The position numbers and the translations under genes are program-made. The notes beneath the pieces are model-generated. The model saw nothing but the letters and a program-made list of their open reading frames with translations, was not told the origin of the DNA and did not search any database. Below, piece by piece: positions 63,300-64,000 of a DNA stretch of 64,000 nucleotides. Origin of the DNA: Pavona decussata (Eukaryota); NCBI GenBank assembly GCA_977016875.1, contig CDRNST010000020.1, positions 5,208,001-5,272,000 on the forward strand. Direction: 5' to 3'. How positions within the stretch are numbered: the stretch's first letter is position 1; each line of letters starts with the position of its first letter.

Positions 63300-64000
63300 C
63301 AACTGAGCTGTTGAAACACGAGACTTTTAACATAAAAACTGCTGTGTCTTTTCTTAAAATACTAAGTCAGCGTGCCTTGCGGCCAATCTGTAGCTTATGC
63401 GAATCCCTCAAGTGTGATTCTGGGGAGTCCTCTGAAATGCTTGTATTGCCTTCCAGATGTTTCAGTTAGTGCATCTACCTGCATCAGTTGGTTCACAAGC
63501 TTTACCAGATCATTGTGCGTAGTTTTCACAAAGTGCTTTCCCGATCTCTTCATCAAACTGCATTCCCTTGCCACACTTTGCACTGTTCCTCTTGCGACAG
63601 GGAGCATCCTAGCACAGCGTGTCACTGCTGCACATGTTAGATTGGGCCCAAGCTTTCGAATACCTTCTTTTATGGAGTTGTTATCATGTTCAACCTCGAG
63701 GTCGAGGGGAACATTCTTACCATTTCCACCATTATTATTCACACCTCTATTCCAATGCTGGCGATAAGCTTGCTGTGCACTAAGCAGAGCTTGTTGCTGC
63801 AGTTGGAGGTAGAGTGCTTCAACAGTATACTTGGTACTTCCCCTATCTGCATAGAATTGTAGGAGGAGGAACCTCCAGCAGCTCATAATACGGTCTCCAT
63901 CCTCTTCTGCAATAGCATCAGTAAGATTCATGTAGAGAAGACTGTGGTCCATTAGGTTACACTAGTAATTTAACATGTCATCAGACTCCTCATTTGGGGA
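63300..64000 (-). CDS. Academ (AcademH) transposase C-terminal part, runs off the window
   Basis: DAIAEEDGDRIMSCWRFLL, TKYTVEAL, WNRGVN, GKNVPLDLEVEHDN motifs. Confidence 0.82.

Overview
Eukaryotic, AT-rich DNA that looks like a marine invertebrate, most likely a cnidarian/scleractinian coral (inferred from the TE repertoire and GT-AG introns, not proven). I found no intact host gene, RNA gene or CRISPR array. The window is a dense, nested graveyard of transposable elements from many superfamilies: Merlin, Sola2, Sola1, pogo/Tigger, MULE, Penelope, three RT-less L1/Tx1 derivatives, a Zisupton-like element, DIRS, Helentron, an ISL2EU-type YqaJ gene, BEL/Pao, a KDZ/CxC5 remnant, AcademH, a possible Transib/RAG1-like remnant and many MITEs. 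The best preserved and most interesting unit is a 10.4-kb Helentron (41183-51619, minus strand) inserted in a T5 run inside a DIRS pol ORF. Its long ORF reads leader - 2A StopGo motif (GDVELNPGP) - OTU protease - HUH Rep - Pif1 helicase - AP endonuclease, and is followed by a spliced RPA70-like gene. Most elements lie on the minus strand, as would be expected for a unistrand piRNA-cluster-like locus. All family assignments come from motif recognition by eye; no database search was run.
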